This document shows, in pieces, positions 30,088 through 41,136 of a stretch of 41,228 nucleotides of DNA; position 1 is the first letter of the stretch; each line of letters opens with the position of its first letter. This stretch comes from Campylobacterales bacterium (GTDB lineage: Bacteria; Campylobacterota; Campylobacteria; Campylobacterales; QNZT01). The position numbers and the translations under genes are program-made. The stretch is taken from assembly GCA_026994915.1 (NCBI GenBank), contig JALWPY010000169.1:1-41228 (forward strand). The letters run 5' to 3'. The notes beneath the pieces were generated by a model. That model searched no databases and was not told where the DNA came from. It saw only the letters and a list, made by a program, of their open reading frames with translations.

Positions 30088-31064
30088 ATCTTTTTTTCCC
30101 ACTCCAGTCCGGTTTTGCAGATCAGTTCGAGATCGTCATATTGTGGTGTCCATCCCATCTCTTCTCTGATTTTGGTATTGTCGGAAATCAGAATTGCAGG
30201 ATCACCCGGACGTCGCTCTTTGATTTCAACCGGAAAATCAACTCCGCTTACTTTTTTCATCGTCTCCAGAACCTCTTTGACACTGAATCCATGCCCATAA
30301 CCACAGTTGAAAACACCACTTTTCTCTTTTTCCTGCAGATAGTCAAGTGCTTTGATATGTGCTGCCGCCAGATCTTCCACATGAATATAATCTCTGATAC
30401 ATGTCCCATCAGGAGTTGGATAGTCATCACCAAAAATATACATTTTTTCACGTTTGCCCAGTGCTGCTTCTGCCGCAACCTTGATCAGAAGTGTCGCATC
30501 TTTGGTAGACTGACCGATTTTTCCGTCAACACTGGCACCTGCAACATTGAAATAACGCAAAGCGATATAGTTGAAATCTTCATACGCAAACGCCGTATCT
30601 TTGAGTACTGTTTCACTCATCAACTTGCTGCTCCCATAGGGATTGATCGGAGCAGTTCGACTCTCTTCTGTCACAGGAACTTCATCAGGAGCAGGTTCAC
30701 CATACGTTGCGGCAGTCGAGGAGAAGATAAAATTTTTGACACCGTTTTCGACACATTGTTTAATCAGATTGGCAGTATTTGCCGTATTGTTAAGATAGTA
30801 TTTCAATGGATTTGAGACACTCTCCGGAACCACCAGGCTGGCAGCAAAATGAATGACCGCATCGTATTTGCCCTCTCTCATAATTTTTGCAATCTGATCA
30901 AAATCACTCAAATCGGCTTCAATAAAATCGCCATATAATACCGCTTCCCTGAAACCTGTCACCAGATTGTCCAGTACTGTGATATTGTGCGATGTCTGTT
31001 CTCCAAGCTGCTTGACGACATGACTGCCTATATAACCGGCACCACCGGTGACCAATATATTCAT
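30084..31064 (-). CDS. galE: UDP-glucose/GlcNAc 4-epimerase
   Basis: [49 protein letters not shown]. Confidence 0.95.
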   Translation of the reverse strand: MNILVTGGAGYIGSHVVKQLGEQTSHNITVLDNLVTGFREAVLYGDFIEADLSDFDQIAKIMREGKYDAVIHFAASLVVPESVSNPLKYYLNNTANTANLIKQCVENGVKNFIFSSTAATYGEPAPDEVPVTEESRTAPINPYGSSKLMSETVLKDTAFAYEDFNYIALRYFNVAGASVDGKIGQSTKDATLLIKVAAEAALGKREKMYIFGDDYPTPDGTCIRDYIHVEDLAAAHIKALDYLQEKEKSGVFNCGYGHGFSVKEVLETMKKVSGVDFPVEIKERRPGDPAILISDNTKIREEMGWTPQYDDLELICKTGLEWEKKI

Positions 31065-32210
31065 TTATTTCTCCTGTAATAGTCTCTCTACAATATCGAC
31101 CATTTTCTGACTTTGTTTCTCTCTGATAAAGTTATTTGATACAAAATCTCTGTTTTTTTGTGAAATTTGTAATGGTGCCTCTTTATATTTGCGTATCGCT
31201 TTTTCCAGAGCATCAACATCACCGGGGTCTATGACAGTACAATTTTCCAGCTTTTCGACAAAATTTCTCGCCACCCCCAGACCGGCATAGATAATAGGAA
31301 GTCCGGTTGATGTATACTCATACAGCTTGGAGGGCATCGCCGCTTTGAACTTCTCATCGAGCTGTGCAAAAAGTACCGAACTGTTCTGGTAAAAATCGAT
31401 AATCTTGTCCCTGTGCACTTTACCAAAAAAGGTGATATTGTTGATCCTGTGCTGTCTCGCATACTCTTTGAGTTCTTTGTATTTATTTCCCTCACCGATA
31501 ATGTTGATCTGAATATCGGGTATTCTTTTAGCAATGTCGACCAATACTTTGATATTCTGGGCAATACCTACATTGCCTATGTATGTCAGGGTAAAGGGTT
31601 TGATCTCCCTTCTCTCAATGGCATTAAGCTCTTCAAATTTGAACCATTCGATACCATTGGTGATTTTTTCTATCTTTTTGCCCGCACCTCTGACATGTTT
31701 TGAGACCCATTCGTATTCATGATTGTTCGTCACCGTGATAAACTGGAACCTTGCTATTGCGTACTGCATTAGCTTGGTAATAGAAAATTTAACTACTTTG
31801 GTATAGAGAGATCTGGCATCGATATATTCCCAGACCAGATCTCTGATATCGATGATTTTTTTACCCCTGGCAAAGAGTCCCGCAGCAGGGATGATAAACA
31901 TCTGCGGAGATGTCGCTATCACGATATCCGAAGGAAATTTATTCGATTTAAATGCCAGTTGTACCGCATAGAAGAGTTCATGCACCGCTCTGGTATAGAA
32001 TTTTTCACTATCATACTCTTTTTGATAGATATAATATACTTTAATATTTTCACTAAATGCAAAATCATTTGGTTTTTTACCTTTTTCACTGATGCAAATT
32101 ACATTAATTTTATATTTTTTCTCAAGCTCTTTGACCAATGCGAGGATGCGATTGGTCCCTGCACAATTTTCAGGGATAAAATTCCCTGTCAAAAAATTAA
32201 TTGTTTTCAT
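31065..32210 (-). CDS. Glycosyltransferase family 4 (WbuB-like)
   Basis: FIPE, ATSP, DIRDLVWE, YIGNVGIAQN, AMPSKLYEY...GLPI. Confidence 0.85.
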   Translation of the reverse strand: MKTINFLTGNFIPENCAGTNRILALVKELEKKYKINVICISEKGKKPNDFAFSENIKVYYIYQKEYDSEKFYTRAVHELFYAVQLAFKSNKFPSDIVIATSPQMFIIPAAGLFARGKKIIDIRDLVWEYIDARSLYTKVVKFSITKLMQYAIARFQFITVTNNHEYEWVSKHVRGAGKKIEKITNGIEWFKFEELNAIERREIKPFTLTYIGNVGIAQNIKVLVDIAKRIPDIQINIIGEGNKYKELKEYARQHRINNITFFGKVHRDKIIDFYQNSSVLFAQLDEKFKAAMPSKLYEYTSTGLPIIYAGLGVARNFVEKLENCTVIDPGDVDALEKAIRKYKEAPLQISQKNRDFVSNNFIREKQSQKMVDIVERLLQEK

Positions 32211-32389
32211 CAGTACTTCGTTATCCTTATCTAGACAAGCTGAACTTTCATATTTAAAAGTTAATTAAAATATATTATTAAAAAGTTTCTTTATTTATGT
32301 TTAGAAATTGAAATTTCATCAATAGATTGACATTTTATTTTTTTATTACACAAGGTGGATGATTTTTTTGACTTAGAATAGTCTGGAGA

Positions 32390-32425
32390 GAAAAATAACC
32401 GAAACGGAATCTTTCGTTTCGGTTA
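32390..32425 (-). terminator. Intrinsic terminator after tkt
   Basis: Perfect 11-bp stem taaccgaaacg / cgtttcggtta (32396-32425) followed by TTTTT on the minus strand. Confidence 0.8.
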
Positions 32426-32433
32426 AATGTCAA

Positions 32434-34416
32434 TTAGATGTTACATTCCGATGCACTACTTCCCGGATACACCTTGCCCAGTAATTGGTAAACTGCTTTT
32501 TGGACACCTTCGATACTAAATCCGAAATGTTTGAATAGCTCATTTGCATCTCCGCTCGCACCAAAGCTTTGCATACCAAGCACCGCATCTGCATAGCGGT
32601 ACCATTCTGCACCGCTCGCAGCCTCTACAGCCAATACTTTCGTATTTGGATCGATCACATGTTGACGATACGTTTCATCCTGTGCATTGAAGATCTCCAT
32701 ACACGGTACACTCACAATATTTGCCATAATGCCGGCATTTTCCAAGTGACATCCTGCCTGCAAAGAGAGCATCACTTCACTGCCTGACGCAAGAATCGTT
32801 ACAGTAGCATTCTCTCTTTTTTTGATCAGATATCCGCCATTTTCCGCAGATCCATAATCTGCTCCCTTTTTCAGCGTTTTCAACTTCTGTCGGCTCAGGA
32901 CAAAAGCACTCGGACCGTCATAGGCAAGTGCAGCTTGCCAGCAAGCTACATTTTCTGAGGCATCTGCCGGTCTGAATACCATCAGGTTTGGCAATGCACG
33001 GAACTGACTCAGGTGCTCGACAGGCTGATGCGTCGGACCATCTTCTCCTACGCCGATACTGTCATGGGTCCAGACGAAAAAGGTCCTGAGCTTCATCAGT
33101 GCCGCCAGTCTTACCGCCGGTTTCATATAGTCACTGAAAACGAAAAATGTTGCACTGAAAGGGATAAAAAGTCCATAAAGACTGATTGCATTACATATCG
33201 CTCCCATTGCATGTTCGCGAATGCCAAAATGGAAGTTTTTACCGTTTGGAAAATCGCCCATGTTTTCCAGATAGGTTTTGTTTGATGGAGCAAGGTCTGC
33301 ACTCCCGCCCACAAAGCCGGGAATCGCCCTGGCGATAGCATTGAGAACTTTATGGTTACTGTCACGTGTGGCGACCATACTACCCTCTTCAAATGCAGGC
33401 CACTGAATTTTTGCAAAATCGGGATTTTCCAAAGCTTCAAGTGCCGCATTTTGCTCCGCCAGTGGTGCTTCTGTCAGGAGTTTCTTCCACTCTCTCTCGT
33501 ATAGTTCACCCTTCTCGACTGCACAACGAAAACGAAGCAATACATCCTCAGGAATAATAAAGTGTTCGTTTGGATCGAATCCTGCCTTCTCTTTGGATTT
33601 TTTGATCTCCTCTTCCCCCAGTGGTGCACCATGTGTATGAGGATCTCCTTCCATCGTGGCTGATCCTTTGGCGATGATCGTACTCGCGATCACCAGACAA
33701 GGCTTCGTCTGTTCTGTTTTGATCTCGCTCAGGACAAGATCGATCTCATTGAAATCATGCCCGTTGATTCTGTATACCTTCCATCCCTGAGCTTCAAAAC
33801 GCTGTTTGATATTTTCGCTCAATGCAATCTCTGTATCACCTTCGATCGTAATCTCATTGGAGTCATAAATGAGTACCAGATTGTCCAGTGCATGGTGTCC
33901 GGCAAGTGAACAGGCTTCGTAACTGATTCCCTCTTCCAGATCTCCGTCACCACAAAGGCAGTAGACTTTATGATCGATGATCTTCGCTGTTTCACTGTTC
34001 AACAGCTTCGCTCCATATCTGGATGCCATCGCAAAACCTACCGCATTGGCCACACCCTGTCCCAATGGACCTGTTGTGATCTCGATACCCGGAACTTCCG
34101 GATATTCTGGATGTCCGGGTGTTTTGGAACCAAACTGTCTGAAGTTCTTGAGGTCCTCCAGGGAGATATCATATCCCCACAGATGCAGTAATGAATAGAT
34201 CATGGTACTGACATGCCCCCCGCTAAATACCAGCCTGTCACGGTTGAGCCACTTGGGATTTTTGGGGTTGTGTTTCAGGTGCAATCCCAGAACTGTTGCA
34301 ATATCTGCCAACCCCATCGCAGCACCCGGATGGCCACTGTTTGCCCGCTGTACCATATCTGCAGCCAAAAATCTAATCGTATTGGCCATTTTTGTCAACA
34401 TCTGTTTATCTTCCAA
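32434..34416 (-). CDS. tkt: Transketolase
   Basis: SGHPG, RDRLVFSGGH, TPGHPE, TTGPLGQG, GDGDLEEG, FGIREHAM, THDSIGVGEDGPTHQP. Confidence 0.99.
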   Translation of the reverse strand: MEDKQMLTKMANTIRFLAADMVQRANSGHPGAAMGLADIATVLGLHLKHNPKNPKWLNRDRLVFSGGHVSTMIYSLLHLWGYDISLEDLKNFRQFGSKTPGHPEYPEVPGIEITTGPLGQGVANAVGFAMASRYGAKLLNSETAKIIDHKVYCLCGDGDLEEGISYEACSLAGHHALDNLVLIYDSNEITIEGDTEIALSENIKQRFEAQGWKVYRINGHDFNEIDLVLSEIKTEQTKPCLVIASTIIAKGSATMEGDPHTHGAPLGEEEIKKSKEKAGFDPNEHFIIPEDVLLRFRCAVEKGELYEREWKKLLTEAPLAEQNAALEALENPDFAKIQWPAFEEGSMVATRDSNHKVLNAIARAIPGFVGGSADLAPSNKTYLENMGDFPNGKNFHFGIREHAMGAICNAISLYGLFIPFSATFFVFSDYMKPAVRLAALMKLRTFFVWTHDSIGVGEDGPTHQPVEHLSQFRALPNLMVFRPADASENVACWQAALAYDGPSAFVLSRQKLKTLKKGADYGSAENGGYLIKKRENATVTILASGSEVMLSLQAGCHLENAGIMANIVSVPCMEIFNAQDETYRQHVIDPNTKVLAVEAASGAEWYRYADAVLGMQSFGASGDANELFKHFGFSIEGVQKAVYQLLGKVYPGSSASECNI

Positions 34417-34425
34417 AATCTATCC

Positions 34426-35289
34426 TTATTTTAAATAGTATGCAATCATAGAGTCGAGTCGCCTTTTAAGAAGAGGATCGACTTCTCCCAGCATCGTCTC
34501 TATCTCCGAGATCAGCTTCTCTTTCTCAACCCGTGCTCCTTCAACACCAAGAAGGTTGGTAAAAGAGTTTTTGACGGTGTCATTTTGTGTCGGTTTGCCG
34601 GCCTCTTCGCTGCTCAATGTCGCATCGATAATATCATCTTGTATCTGAAACAAAAGGCCTATCTTCAGTCCAATCTCATAGAGCAGATTTTGAATTTCAG
34701 GTTCCAGATCGGAGATGATCCCTCCCATCTTCAGACTCGCGGCGATCAGTTTTGCTGTTTTATTGAGATGCAGAAATGAGAGTTCATCGAGACTCAGTTT
34801 GCGCTCCTCAAAAAAACAATCTATCGCCTGGCCCAGTACCATCCCCTCTGCACCGCCATTGGTTGCCAGCTCTTTAATCAGTGCGATTTTGATATCACTA
34901 GCCAGAGGGGCATCCGCGATCATATAAAAACTGTGCGAGTTAAGTGCATCTCCAACCAGTGTCGCTGTTACTTGATCATATGTCACATGCAGTGTCGGAT
35001 GACCTCTTCTGAGATCAGCATCATCAAAAGTTGGCAGATCATCATGAATCAGTGAATAAGTATGTAACATTTCGATGCCAGCTGCAACATGATTAGCTGC
35101 AGGTACAAGCAGGGGTGTATAAGTATCAACGACTTCCAGCAGCAACTGAGGTCTGAAACGTTTCCCGCCTGCGTGAAACATCTCTGTTAAAGCGTTTTGG
35201 TAATGAGGATGAAAACTCTCTGTCTGAGGTAGATTGTTTTGTAAAAAATTCTCAAAATCTTCAAGCAGTTTTTTGCTTCTGTTTTGCAA
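34426..35289 (-). CDS. ispA: Geranyltranstransferase / polyprenyl diphosphate synthase
   Basis: GGKRFRP, HTYSLIHDDLP..DDADLRRG, GQAID, KTAKL, FQIQDDIID. Confidence 0.92.
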   Translation of the reverse strand: MQNRSKKLLEDFENFLQNNLPQTESFHPHYQNALTEMFHAGGKRFRPQLLLEVVDTYTPLLVPAANHVAAGIEMLHTYSLIHDDLPTFDDADLRRGHPTLHVTYDQVTATLVGDALNSHSFYMIADAPLASDIKIALIKELATNGGAEGMVLGQAIDCFFEERKLSLDELSFLHLNKTAKLIAASLKMGGIISDLEPEIQNLLYEIGLKIGLLFQIQDDIIDATLSSEEAGKPTQNDTVKNSFTNLLGVEGARVEKEKLISEIETMLGEVDPLLKRRLDSMIAYYLK

Positions 35290-35312
35290 AAAGGTTTCCT
35301 AATGTGAAAGTA

Positions 35313-35630
35313 TTAAAATTTTCCGGTAAATCCGCCAAGTCCACCCAACATCTGAGTGGCTGCATGTTTTTTATCTTCTTCAATCATCTGTAAAACATCA
35401 TTGATGGCACTGATAAGCAAGATCTGCAAAGCGTCTTTATCCTCCATCAGAGAATCATCAATCTCTATATCGATAATTTCACCTTTGCCGTTGCCAGTCA
35501 CTTTGAGAAGGCCCCCACCGCTTTTGGCTGTAAACTCTTTCTTTGCACTCTCTTCCTGCATCTTCCTGGCTTCTTCCTGGGCTTTTTGTAACATTTCACC
35601 CATTTTGCTGAAGTCCATATTCTCAAACAT
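35313..35630 (-). CDS. YbaB/EbfC family nucleoid-associated protein
   Basis: [24 protein letters not shown]; start trimmed to MFENMDF. Confidence 0.9.
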   Translation of the reverse strand: MFENMDFSKMGEMLQKAQEEARKMQEESAKKEFTAKSGGGLLKVTGNGKGEIIDIEIDDSLMEDKDALQILLISAINDVLQMIEEDKKHAATQMLGGLGGFTGKF

Positions 35631-35988
35631 AGTCTCTGATCTCATCTATATTGTTTTCGCTGTCTAAAAGTACAACATGCGGTTTAAAATGGTCCGCCTC
35701 TTCAAAACTCATCGACGCATAAGCGATGATGATAATCACATCACCGATCTCCGCTTTACGCGCCGCTGCACCATTGAGGCAGATATCACGTTTGCCTTTT
35801 TCGCCTTCAATCACATAAGTCGAGAAACGCTCACCATTGTTGATATTGACGATATCGACCTTTTGACCGATCCTCAACTGCGCGGCATCCATCAGTTCAC
35901 GATCGATCGTGATAGAACCGACATAGTTAAGGTTGGCATCTGTTACAGTAGCACGGTGCAGCTTGCTATATAACATCGTGATGTTCAT
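35623..35988 (-). CDS. panD: Aspartate 1-decarboxylase proenzyme
   Basis: [22 protein letters not shown] (G-S cleavage), [16 protein letters not shown]. Confidence 0.98.
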   Translation of the reverse strand: MNITMLYSKLHRATVTDANLNYVGSITIDRELMDAAQLRIGQKVDIVNINNGERFSTYVIEGEKGKRDICLNGAAARKAEIGDVIIIIAYASMSFEEADHFKPHVVLLDSENNIDEIRDYV

Positions 35989-35992
35989 AAGG

Positions 35993-36367
35993 TTATCTTC
36001 CTGCCATCTTCATCGCTTCCATCGGTGAAAGCGCTTCATCCCAGAACTCTTCGGGTATCAGATACTCTTCTACCACTTTGCCACCTATGATATGTTCATC
36101 GATAATTCTTGTGATCTTCTCTTTTGTCAACCCCACATACATATGGTGTCCTGGTTCAACAAGCATAACCGGTCCCTGCTGGCAACGGTTGAGGCATGAT
36201 GTTCTTACAGGCTGTACGGTTGCGATGAGTCCTTTTTGCATCAAGGTCTGTCCAAGATGCTGGAACAGGTCTCTCGTCTCGTCATTTACACAGCTCGGTT
36301 TTGGCATACCCGGAGGTGATGATTGCTCACATTTGAAGATGTAAAATGCTGGTTGTGGTATTCCCAT
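35993..36367 (-). CDS. Thioredoxin-like [2Fe-2S] ferredoxin
   Basis: Four Cys in FKC-x12-C...CLNRC..GP pattern, then IIDEHIIGG. Confidence 0.88.
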   Translation of the reverse strand: MGIPQPAFYIFKCEQSSPPGMPKPSCVNDETRDLFQHLGQTLMQKGLIATVQPVRTSCLNRCQQGPVMLVEPGHHMYVGLTKEKITRIIDEHIIGGKVVEEYLIPEEFWDEALSPMEAMKMAGR

Positions 36368-36409
36368 AAATTTCCCCTATATCATTGAATTGGTAGTCAT
36401 TTTATTCTA

Positions 36410-37714
36410 TTATCTATTAAATTTTTCTTTGATAACAGATCTAACTACTTCCCTGTCATCAAAGGGTATCTTTTCACTGCCTATTTCCATATACGTTTCA
36501 TCCCCCTTGCCCAAAACCAGCAGAATCTCTTCCTCTTCAAGTTCATCGATCGCTGTTTTAATCGCCGTGTAGCGATCTGGAATGATCCTAACGTTCTCTT
36601 TTTTCTCGATACCGGCATAGATATCTTCAATAATCTGTATCGGTACTTCGTCTCTTGGATTGTCATTGGTGAGATAAATCTTTTTACCGTAGCGATTGGC
36701 CACTCTGCCCATATGTACACGCTTCGAACGGTCACGATTACCACCCGCACCAAAAACCACAGAGAGCTTCTTCTCTTTCAGAGAATCGAGAACCTTATCC
36801 ATACCATCCGGGGTATGGGCAAAATCGACAATGACCAACGGTCTCTCACTGACCACTTCCATCCTGCCACTCACACCACCAAACGATTCCACAGCCTGAG
36901 CAATCTCTTTCAGGCTGTGATCTGTCAGGAGTTTCACAGCACCCATTGCCGCTGTAATATTGTATAGATTGAAAAAGCCGTAAAGTGGTGAAAAGAACTC
37001 TTCCTGTGTCTCAAAGTGTTTGATCGCTGCTGTCAAACCGTCATTGAGAGAATAAGCGACTATATTAAACGATGCCGGTACATCGAGTGCATATGTATAG
37101 GCGTTTTTAGTATTGAAATCTATCTTTTTGGCGTCTTTGTTTATCAACTTGAGAGTATCATCACTGAAAAAACTGCTTTTAACCCGCCAATACTCTTCGA
37201 AACTGCCATGATAATCCAGATGATCCTGTGTGATATTGGTAAAGAGCTTTAGCGCAAACTTCAGACTTTCAATACGTTTTTGTGCAATCGCATGCGAACT
37301 GACTTCCATCACGAAGTATTTTGCCCCTGCTCTTTTTGCCAGTGCCATATTGTATAGTGTCTTTAAAATCGGAGGGGTTGTATGTGTTTTCCCCTCAATG
37401 CGTTCATCGTTAATCAGCAAGCCACGCGTTCCCTGAAAAGCCGCTTTTTCTTCCAGATCAAGCAGTATCGAATAGATAGCAGCTGCAGTCGTTGTTTTGC
37501 CATTTGTACCTGTCACCCCGACAATTTTCAGATCTCTGACACCATAAATATCTTGTAAAATTGCAGGGGATATGATCGCTGCAGCACCACGTGACTTCGC
37601 ATCTTCCAGATAGTTCTTGTTCTGCTCGGTAAGTAAAAATGCACACTTTGCATCACACTCTGCTGAGTTATCGGTAATAAACGGTATATTTTTGTAATTG
37701 AGGGTATATTTCAA
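36410..37714 (-). CDS. murE: UDP-MurNAc-dipeptide--meso-DAP ligase
   Basis: GVTGTNGKTT, MEVSSHA, QDHLDYH, GRME, DFAHTPD, DNPR (DAP specificity), GKG. Confidence 0.97.
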   Translation of the reverse strand: MKYTLNYKNIPFITDNSAECDAKCAFLLTEQNKNYLEDAKSRGAAAIISPAILQDIYGVRDLKIVGVTGTNGKTTTAAAIYSILLDLEEKAAFQGTRGLLINDERIEGKTHTTPPILKTLYNMALAKRAGAKYFVMEVSSHAIAQKRIESLKFALKLFTNITQDHLDYHGSFEEYWRVKSSFFSDDTLKLINKDAKKIDFNTKNAYTYALDVPASFNIVAYSLNDGLTAAIKHFETQEEFFSPLYGFFNLYNITAAMGAVKLLTDHSLKEIAQAVESFGGVSGRMEVVSERPLVIVDFAHTPDGMDKVLDSLKEKKLSVVFGAGGNRDRSKRVHMGRVANRYGKKIYLTNDNPRDEVPIQIIEDIYAGIEKKENVRIIPDRYTAIKTAIDELEEEEILLVLGKGDETYMEIGSEKIPFDDREVVRSVIKEKFNR

Positions 37715-37717
37715 ATT

Positions 37718-38287
37718 TCAGATACTTTCCAGTCTTTTGAGCAGTTCGTAAAAGTAAGCGTCATCAGGATAGAGCATGAGGGCATTTTCAATATAGTTAT
37801 ATGCCATCTGTTCAAATCCATTTTCCATCAGAAGGCCGATCAATTCAACAAAATCTTCCTTCCGGGAGATAATAATCTTACTGCTGAAAATAAGATCTTC
37901 AATCGCTTCTCTTGCATTTTCCCGACTTGTGATATGAGCTATGAATTCATGAAAGAGAATTCCCTCTTCTATGTTATTCAGTCGGTTTTCGATCAGATCC
38001 ATAAATTGATCGATGCTGTTGCTCTCCTGATCGACATTTTCGATCAGTTTCTCTATCGTCTCTTCCGCATCCTCGGTACCGACAGCTTTAGTGACTTCAT
38101 AATATTCAAAAAGTGCGATCGCTTCATCCTCTTTTTCAAAAGCAAGGTCCGCAAGTAAAGCACCTATTTTAGCCTCTTTGTCATCTGGTACTTCTTTAAG
38201 CGCAAGGGAGTAGTTCAACAGTGCACTCTTGAAGTCTCTTTGAAAAAAACTGTTATTTCCTAACTCTTTATATCTGTTCATATTCAA
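37718..38287 (-). CDS. Conserved TPR-like helical protein
   Basis: TPR-like N-terminus (KELGNNSFFQRDFKSALLNYSLAL...P); lies between nifU and murE. Confidence 0.7.
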   Translation of the reverse strand: MNMNRYKELGNNSFFQRDFKSALLNYSLALKEVPDDKEAKIGALLADLAFEKEDEAIALFEYYEVTKAVGTEDAEETIEKLIENVDQESNSIDQFMDLIENRLNNIEEGILFHEFIAHITSRENAREAIEDLIFSSKIIISRKEDFVELIGLLMENGFEQMAYNYIENALMLYPDDAYFYELLKRLESI

Positions 38288-38568
38288 CTTTTTGCGATCT
38301 CTTCCATCATGTGTTCCATCCCCTCTGCAAGATTGATTACTTCCAATTCAGGATGGATATCCATTCGCAATTGTCTCTCAATACCATACTTTAATGTCTG
38401 GTTACTGGCAGAACACCCTACACAGGCACCCTGCAGTTGCACAAAGACTTTGCCATTTTTTACACCAAGCAATTTCATACCGCCACCATCCAGTGCAAGC
38501 ATAGGTTTAACTTTTTCGATTGATTGCTCGACAGCAGGTAACAGCTCTTCGTCTGTAAACGGTATCAT
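38284..38568 (-). CDS. NifU C-terminal / NfuA-like Fe-S carrier
   Basis: VKPMLALDGGG, LQGACVGC (CxxC), TLKYGIE. Confidence 0.92.
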   Translation of the reverse strand: MIPFTDEELLPAVEQSIEKVKPMLALDGGGMKLLGVKNGKVFVQLQGACVGCSASNQTLKYGIERQLRMDIHPELEVINLAEGMEHMMEEIAKS

Positions 38569-38628
38569 CTATATTCCTTAAAGATATCTGTTTATGTACA
38601 TACTTCATATGCACATCAGTTAATATAA

Positions 38629-38637
38629 ATTGTAGCA
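38629..38637 (-). promoter_or_regulatory. Putative extended -10 (TGcTACAAT) for the nifU-murE operon
   Basis: Minus-strand ttttTGCTACAAT about 60 nt upstream of nifU. Confidence 0.5.
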
Positions 38638-38714
38638 AAAATTGTTTAATAGAAGAGTAACAGGTGGATTTTTATTGGAGAAAGAGAGAGGCGCGTAACG
38701 CCATCTCCCAACTT

Positions 38715-39065
38715 TTATACGAGTTCGATAAATGCCATTTCAGCAGCATCTCCGCGTCTGATTCTGGTACGGATGATTCTGGTATAACCACCCTTTCTCT
38801 CTTTATATTTCGGTGCAATTTCATTGACAAGCTTTTTGGTGCTCTCTTTGTCTTGCAGTGCAGCAAATACTGCTCTGTGAGCATTGAAATCACCAACGCG
38901 AGCTTTAGTAATCAGCTTTTCAAAATAACTTCGTAACTCTTTTGCTTTTGGCAATGTGGTTTCGATTTTACCACTGTTAATCAAAGCGATAGAGAGATTT
39001 TTCAAAAGCGCTTTTCTATGGCTTGAAGTTCTCCCCAGTTTTCTATATCCATGTTTATGTCTCAT
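38715..39065 (-). CDS. rplQ: 50S ribosomal protein L17
   Basis: [41 protein letters not shown]. Confidence 0.99.
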   Translation of the reverse strand: MRHKHGYRKLGRTSSHRKALLKNLSIALINSGKIETTLPKAKELRSYFEKLITKARVGDFNAHRAVFAALQDKESTKKLVNEIAPKYKERKGGYTRIIRTRIRRGDAAEMAFIELV

Positions 39066-39066
39066 G

Positions 39067-40080
39067 TTACACTTCCCCAGTTTCTGTTTTTAATTCTTCT
39101 AATTTTTTCTTCAATACCGACAGGAATTCATCATCAAACTTATATCCTACCGGGAAACCTATAGACTCCAGTTTACTGGTAATCTCTTCAAAGGATTTCT
39201 TCCCAAGATTCTTCAGCCCTTTCAATTCTGCTTCACTCATCATAGAGAGTTCTGCAACGTGTTTGATATTCGCACGATCCAGGCAGTTGAAACTTCTGGC
39301 ACTGAGTCCCAGATCTTCTACATTTTGCAGAAGTTTCTTCATCTCTGCCGAATTGGCATAGTCATCCTGCGGAATTGAAACATCTATATCGATCGCTTTA
39401 GAGAAGATAGAGATCTGTTCATTCAAAGCTTCGATCGCTTCTTTAAATGCCTGTACAGGAGGAATTTGCCCATCTGTCTCGATGTCGAATACGATCTTTT
39501 CAAAAGTAGGATCATCTTCCACAAGCATGTTTTCGATGTTGTAAACTGCTTTTCTGACCGGCGTAAAGAAGGCATCGATACCGATATACTCTTCAGCAAT
39601 ATTTTCTCTCAACTCTTCACTTGGAACGTAACCTATACCTTTTTCAATGACGATTGAGAAACTCACTTCCGCATCTTCATTGATTGTCGCAAGATGAACG
39701 TCAGGCGTTACAACTTCGACCAGATCACTTTCAAGATCACTGCATTTGATCTCTTTGTATCCTGTAAAATGATAATTCACTTCTGCTTTGTTGGATTCAT
39801 CCTTGATTTTAAAACGAACATTTTTTAGATTCAGGATAAACAACGAAACATCTTCGAGCATACCTCTTACAGAGTCAAACTCATGTTTCACGCCCTCGAT
39901 CTTGAGTGCGGTAACTGCATATCCAGCTGAAGAGCCGAGCAGCAGACGACGCAGCGGGTGCGCAACTGTCACTGCAAACCCGCTTTGAAAAGGATAAGTA
40001 TAGATCTTTACCCTGTTTTCGTCCACTTTTTCGATCTCGATCTCATGTGGCATATACAAAGATGTAGTAATCTTTTTCAT
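39067..40080 (-). CDS. rpoA: RNA polymerase alpha subunit
   Basis: [46 protein letters not shown]. Confidence 0.99.
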   Translation of the reverse strand: MKKITTSLYMPHEIEIEKVDENRVKIYTYPFQSGFAVTVAHPLRRLLLGSSAGYAVTALKIEGVKHEFDSVRGMLEDVSLFILNLKNVRFKIKDESNKAEVNYHFTGYKEIKCSDLESDLVEVVTPDVHLATINEDAEVSFSIVIEKGIGYVPSEELRENIAEEYIGIDAFFTPVRKAVYNIENMLVEDDPTFEKIVFDIETDGQIPPVQAFKEAIEALNEQISIFSKAIDIDVSIPQDDYANSAEMKKLLQNVEDLGLSARSFNCLDRANIKHVAELSMMSEAELKGLKNLGKKSFEEITSKLESIGFPVGYKFDDEFLSVLKKKLEELKTETGEV

Positions 40081-40095
40081 CTTTTTCCCTTATGC

Positions 40096-40722
40096 TTATT
40101 TAGAGTAAAGCTCTACGATGAGTCTCTCTTCTACTGGTATGACGACTTCTTCTCTTTCTGGCAATCTTGTAAAGATACCGAATTTCTTCTCAACATCAAC
40201 ATCCACCCATGGTACGATTCCAGTCTGAGCTGTCAATTCACCCGCTCTGACAATCTGAGGATTGTTTTTGGATTTTTCTTTGACTTCAATCTTCTGTCCA
40301 GGCTTGACACGATAAGATGGAATATCCACTTTTTTGCCATCTACCAGGATGTGACCATGCGTCACCAGTTGTCTTGCAAAACTTCTTGTCGTAGCAAAGC
40401 CCATTCTGTAGACAGCATTGTCAAGACGTCTCTCAAGCAGCGTAATCAGGTTTGCACCTGTGTTGCCTTCCATTCTGTTAGCGTCGGAGAAGAGTCTTCT
40501 AAACTGTTTTTCACTGACACCGTACATGAACTTCGCTTTCTGTTTTTCACGCAGCTGTGTACCGTACTCACTCACTTTTGTTCTTCTTTGACCATGTTGT
40601 CCTGGAGGGTAAGGTCGCTTGTCGAGTGCACTTTTACCTGCCAGTCTTCTCTCACCTTTCAGTGCGAGTGAAACGCCGAGTCTTCTTTCAATTTTTTCTA
40701 CTGGTCCTCTATATCTTGCCAT
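40096..40722 (-). CDS. rpsD: 30S ribosomal protein S4
   Basis: [41 protein letters not shown]. Confidence 0.99.
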   Translation of the reverse strand: MARYRGPVEKIERRLGVSLALKGERRLAGKSALDKRPYPPGQHGQRRTKVSEYGTQLREKQKAKFMYGVSEKQFRRLFSDANRMEGNTGANLITLLERRLDNAVYRMGFATTRSFARQLVTHGHILVDGKKVDIPSYRVKPGQKIEVKEKSKNNPQIVRAGELTAQTGIVPWVDVDVEKKFGIFTRLPEREEVVIPVEERLIVELYSK

Positions 40723-40731
40723 CTCTTACCC

Positions 40732-41124
40732 CTACACTCTTCTTCTTTTTGGAGGTCTGCAACCATTGTGAGGCAATGGTGTAACATCCTTCAAAAACAG
40801 TACTTTGATGCCTTCGATCGCACCGACACTTTTCACCGCTGTTTCACGACCGGATCCCGGTCCCTGTACTTTGATACCAACCTCTTTGATCCCATGTTCC
40901 ATCGCTTTGGCCATAGCATCTTCAACAGCTTGCTGTGCAGCATAAGGAGTAGATTTTTTACTTCCTTTGAAGCCCAGTCCACCAGCACTGCTCCATGCAA
41001 TCGCATTGCCCATTTCATCTGTGATTGTGATCATCGTGTTGTTAAATGTAGCAGCGATATGTACGATACCTCTTGCTATATTTTTCTTAACTACTTTTTT
41101 TCTTGTAACTTTTCTTTTTGCCAT
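40732..41124 (-). CDS. rpsK: 30S ribosomal protein S11
   Basis: [44 protein letters not shown]. Confidence 0.99.
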   Translation of the reverse strand: MAKRKVTRKKVVKKNIARGIVHIAATFNNTMITITDEMGNAIAWSSAGGLGFKGSKKSTPYAAQQAVEDAMAKAMEHGIKEVGIKVQGPGSGRETAVKSVGAIEGIKVLFLKDVTPLPHNGCRPPKRRRV

Positions 41125-41136
41125 CATCTCGCTCCG

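Noticed and set aside
19248-32210. Phase-variable homopolymer tracts or frameshifts in the polysaccharide genes
   Set aside because: No long poly-G or poly-C tract was seen, and all ORFs appear intact.
38678-38712. Hairpin after rplQ as a terminator
   Set aside because: The stem is bulged and the U-tract poor. It is plausible but too weak to call.
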